Assembly (NCBI RefSeq): GCF_036365525.1
Contig: NC_090395.1
Span: 65,683,326-65,747,325 of the forward strand
DNA from: Heterodontus francisci
Lineage: Eukaryota
DNA length: 64,000 nucleotides
Reading direction: 5' to 3'
Notes under the pieces: model-generated
What the model was told of the DNA's origin: nothing
Seen by the model: the letters and a program-made list of their open reading frames with translations, nothing else
Database searches by the model: none
Program-made: the position numbers and the translations under genes
Part shown: positions 61,360-64,000 of the stretch, one piece after another
Layout: each line of letters opens with the position of its first letter
Position numbering within the stretch: the stretch's first letter is position 1

Positions 61360-64000
61360 GGGGTGGCGTAGCATAGTGGTGTTGTCACTGGACTAGTAAT
61401 CCAGAGACCCAGGGTATTGCTCTGGGAACATGGGTTCAAATCCCACCACAGCAGAAGGTGGAATTTGAATTCAATTAATAAATCTGGAATTGAAAGCTAG
61501 TCTACTGATGGCTATGAAAATTGTTGTAAAAACCCATCTGGTTCACTAATGTCCTTTAGGGAAGGAAATCTGCTGTCCTACCTGGTCTGGCCTACATGTG
61601 ACTCCAGACCCACAGCAATGTGGCTGACTCTTAAATGCCCTCTGAAATGGCTTAGCAAGCCACTCACTTGTATTAAACCACTACAAAGTCTAAGAAAAAG
61701 AATGAAACCAGACAGACCACCCGACATCGGCCTAGGCACCGGAAATGACAATGGCAAACCCAGCTCTGTCGACCCTGAAAAGTCCTTCTTACTAACATCT
61801 GGGGGCTTGTGCCAAAGTTGGGAGAGCTGTCCCACAGACTACATACCTTATGGACAATGTCCCAGACACTGCCTTCACCATCCCTGCGTACGTCCTGTCC
61901 CACCAGCAGGACAGACCCAGCAGAGGTGGCGGGACAGTGGTACACAGTCTGGAGGGATTCCCCCTGGCAGTCCTCAACATTGACTCCGGACCCCATGAAG
62001 TCTCATGGCATCAGGTCAAACATGGGCAAGGAAACCTCCTGCTGATTACCACCTACTGCCCTCCCTCAGCTGATGAATCAGTACTCCTCCATGTTGATCA
62101 CCACTTGGAGGAAGCACTGAGGATGGCAATGGTGCAGAATGTACTCTGGGTGGGGGACTTCAATATCCATAACCAAACATGACTCAGTAGCACCACTACT
62201 GACCGAGCTGGCCGAGTCTTAAAGGGCATAACTGTGAGACTGGGTATGTGGCAGGTGGTGAGGGGAACCAACAAGAGGGAAAAACATACTTGACCTCGTC
62301 CTCACCAATCTGCCTGCCGCAGATGCATCTGTCCATGACAGTATTGGTAAGAGTGACCACTGCACAATCCTTTTGGAGACGAATTCCCGCCTTCACGTTG
62401 AGGATACCCTCCATCGTATTGTGTGGCACTACCACCGTGCTAAATGGGATAGATTTTGAACAGATTTAACAATGCAAGTCTGGGCATCCATGAGGCGCTG
62501 TGGACCATCAGCTGCAGCAGAATTGTACTCAAACACAATCTGTAACCTCATGGCCCAGCATGTCCCCCACTCTACCATTGCCATCAAGACAGGAGACCAA
62601 CCCTGGTTCAATGAAGAGTGCAGGAGGGCATGCTAGGAGCAGCACCAGGCATACCTCAAAGTGAGGTGTCAACCTGGTGAAGCTACAACCCAGGACTACT
62701 TGTGTGAAAAAACTGCAGTATGCAATAGACAGAGCTAAGCAATCCCATAACCAATGGATCAGATCCTAAGCTCTGCAGTCCTGCCACGTCCAGCCGTGAA
62801 TGATAGTGGGCAATTAAACAACTAACTGGAGGAGGTGGCTCCACAAATATTCCCATCCTCAATGAAGGCGGACCTCACCACATCATTGCAAAAGACAAGG
62901 CTGAAGCATTTACAACAATCTTCAGCCAGAAGTGCCGAATTGATGATCCATCTCGGCCTCCTCCTGAAGTCCCCAGTATCACAGATGCCAGAATTCAGCC
63001 AATTCGATTCACTCCGCGTGATATCAAGAAACAACTGAAGGCATTGGATACTGCAAAGGCTATAGGCCCTGACAATATTCCGGCAATAGCGCTGAAGACC
63101 TGTGCTCCAGAACTTGCCGCGCCCCTAGCATCTTCCCAGCAATGAGGAAAATTGCCCAGGTATGTCTTGTACACAAAAAGCAAGACAAGTCCAACCTAGC
63201 CAAATAGCACCCCATCAGTCTACTCTCAATCATCAGTAAAGTTCTGGAAAGTATCATCAACAGTGTGATCAAGCGGCACTTGCTTAGCAATAACTTGCTT
63301 AGTCACGCTCAGTTTGGGTTCCGTCAGGGCCACTCAGCTCCTGATCTCATTACAGCCTTGGTTCAAACATGGACAAAACAGCTGAACTCAAGAGGGGAGG
63401 TGAGAGTGACTGCTCTTGACATCAAGGCACCATATGATCGAGTATGGCATCAAGGAGCCTTAGCAAAACCGAAGTCAATGGGAACCGGGGGGAAAAACTC
63501 TCCACTGGTTGGAATCATACCTAGCGCAAAGGAAGATGGTTGTGGTCGTTGGAGGTCAATCATCTCAGCTCCAGGACATCACTGCAGGAGTTCCTCAGGG
63601 TAGTGTCCTAGGCCCAACCATCTTCAGCTGCTTCATCAATGACGTTCCTTCAATCATAAGGTCAGAAGTGGGGATGTTCGCTGATGATTGCACAATGTTC
63701 ACTATTCTCGACGCCTCAGATACTGAAGCAGTCCGTGTAGAAATGCAGCAAGACCTGGACAATATCCAGGCTTGGGCTGATAAGTGGCAAGTAATATTCG
63801 CGCCACACAACTCAAGAGGTAAGGTGAGAGTGACTGCCCGGCAATGACCATCTCCAACAAGAGAGAATCTAACCATCTCCCCTTTACATTCAACGGCATT
63901 ACCATTGCTGAATCCCCCACTATCAATATCCTAGGGGTTACCATTGACCAGAAACTGAACTGGAGTAGCCATATAAATACCGTGGCTACAAGAGCAAGTT
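61360..64000 (+). mobile_element. tRNA-headed single-ORF LINE (APE-EN + RT, CR1/L2-group), 5' end intact, runs off the right edge
   Basis: A box 61369-61379, B box 61433-61443, then EN (RGGGTVV, VGDFN, LDLVLT, SDH) and RT (QFGFR, ALDIK, GVPQGSVLGP, FADD) with frameshifts. Confidence 0.9.
61361..61450 (+). promoter_or_regulatory. tRNA-Thr(AGT)-like Pol III type-2 promoter head of the LINE
   Basis: TAGCATAGTGG fits TRGCNNARYGG; CTGGA-CTAGTAA-TCCAG anticodon-like arm; long extra hairpin CCCAG..CTGGG; GGTTCAAATCC. Confidence 0.75.

Noticed and set aside
61361-61450. Functional tRNA-Thr gene
   Set aside because: Oversized extra arm, poor acceptor and D stems, no downstream T-run, and contiguous with the LINE body in several copies.
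1-64000. CRISPR arrays, prokaryotic operons, and most short ORFs in the track
   Set aside because: The sequence is intron-containing eukaryotic DNA; no repeat-spacer arrays were seen; the short ORFs are mostly TE frames or antisense frames.

Overview
This is vertebrate, repeat-rich genomic DNA, most likely from a cartilaginous fish (inferred from the V-SINE/Deu-SINE, CR1, Penelope and Harbinger repertoire). The window holds two tandem paralogs of a minus-strand immunoglobulin-superfamily receptor gene; the duplicated unit is about 1-22.6 kb vs 42.7-58.2 kb. Reconstructed exon order is leader - V1 (CD300/pIgR-type) - C2 (FCRL-like) - V2 - C2 - Ser/Thr stalk - TM. Copy B (38695-56944) is complete but decayed: ATG>TTG, Trp>TAG in V1, and a frameshifted second C2. 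Copy A (leader at 20376-20412, running off the left edge) has V1 split by a young RTE LINE with a 36-bp target-site duplication (TSD). A second, near-identical RTE sits inverted 1.6 kb away. The rest is transposable elements: CR1, L2, RTE, Gmr1-type Gypsy and solo LTRs, a Harbinger remnant and MITEs, an hAT-like MITE, SINEs, and Penelope termini with minimal hammerhead motifs. The most unusual signal is a single-ORF EN-RT LINE family (5 copies or fragments). Its 5' end is a tRNA-Thr(AGT)-like cloverleaf with A and B boxes, and its sense strand lacks TTTT apart from runs that look like decay mutations. This suggests a protein-coding LINE transcribed by RNA polymerase III. All alignments were done by eye; no searches were run.
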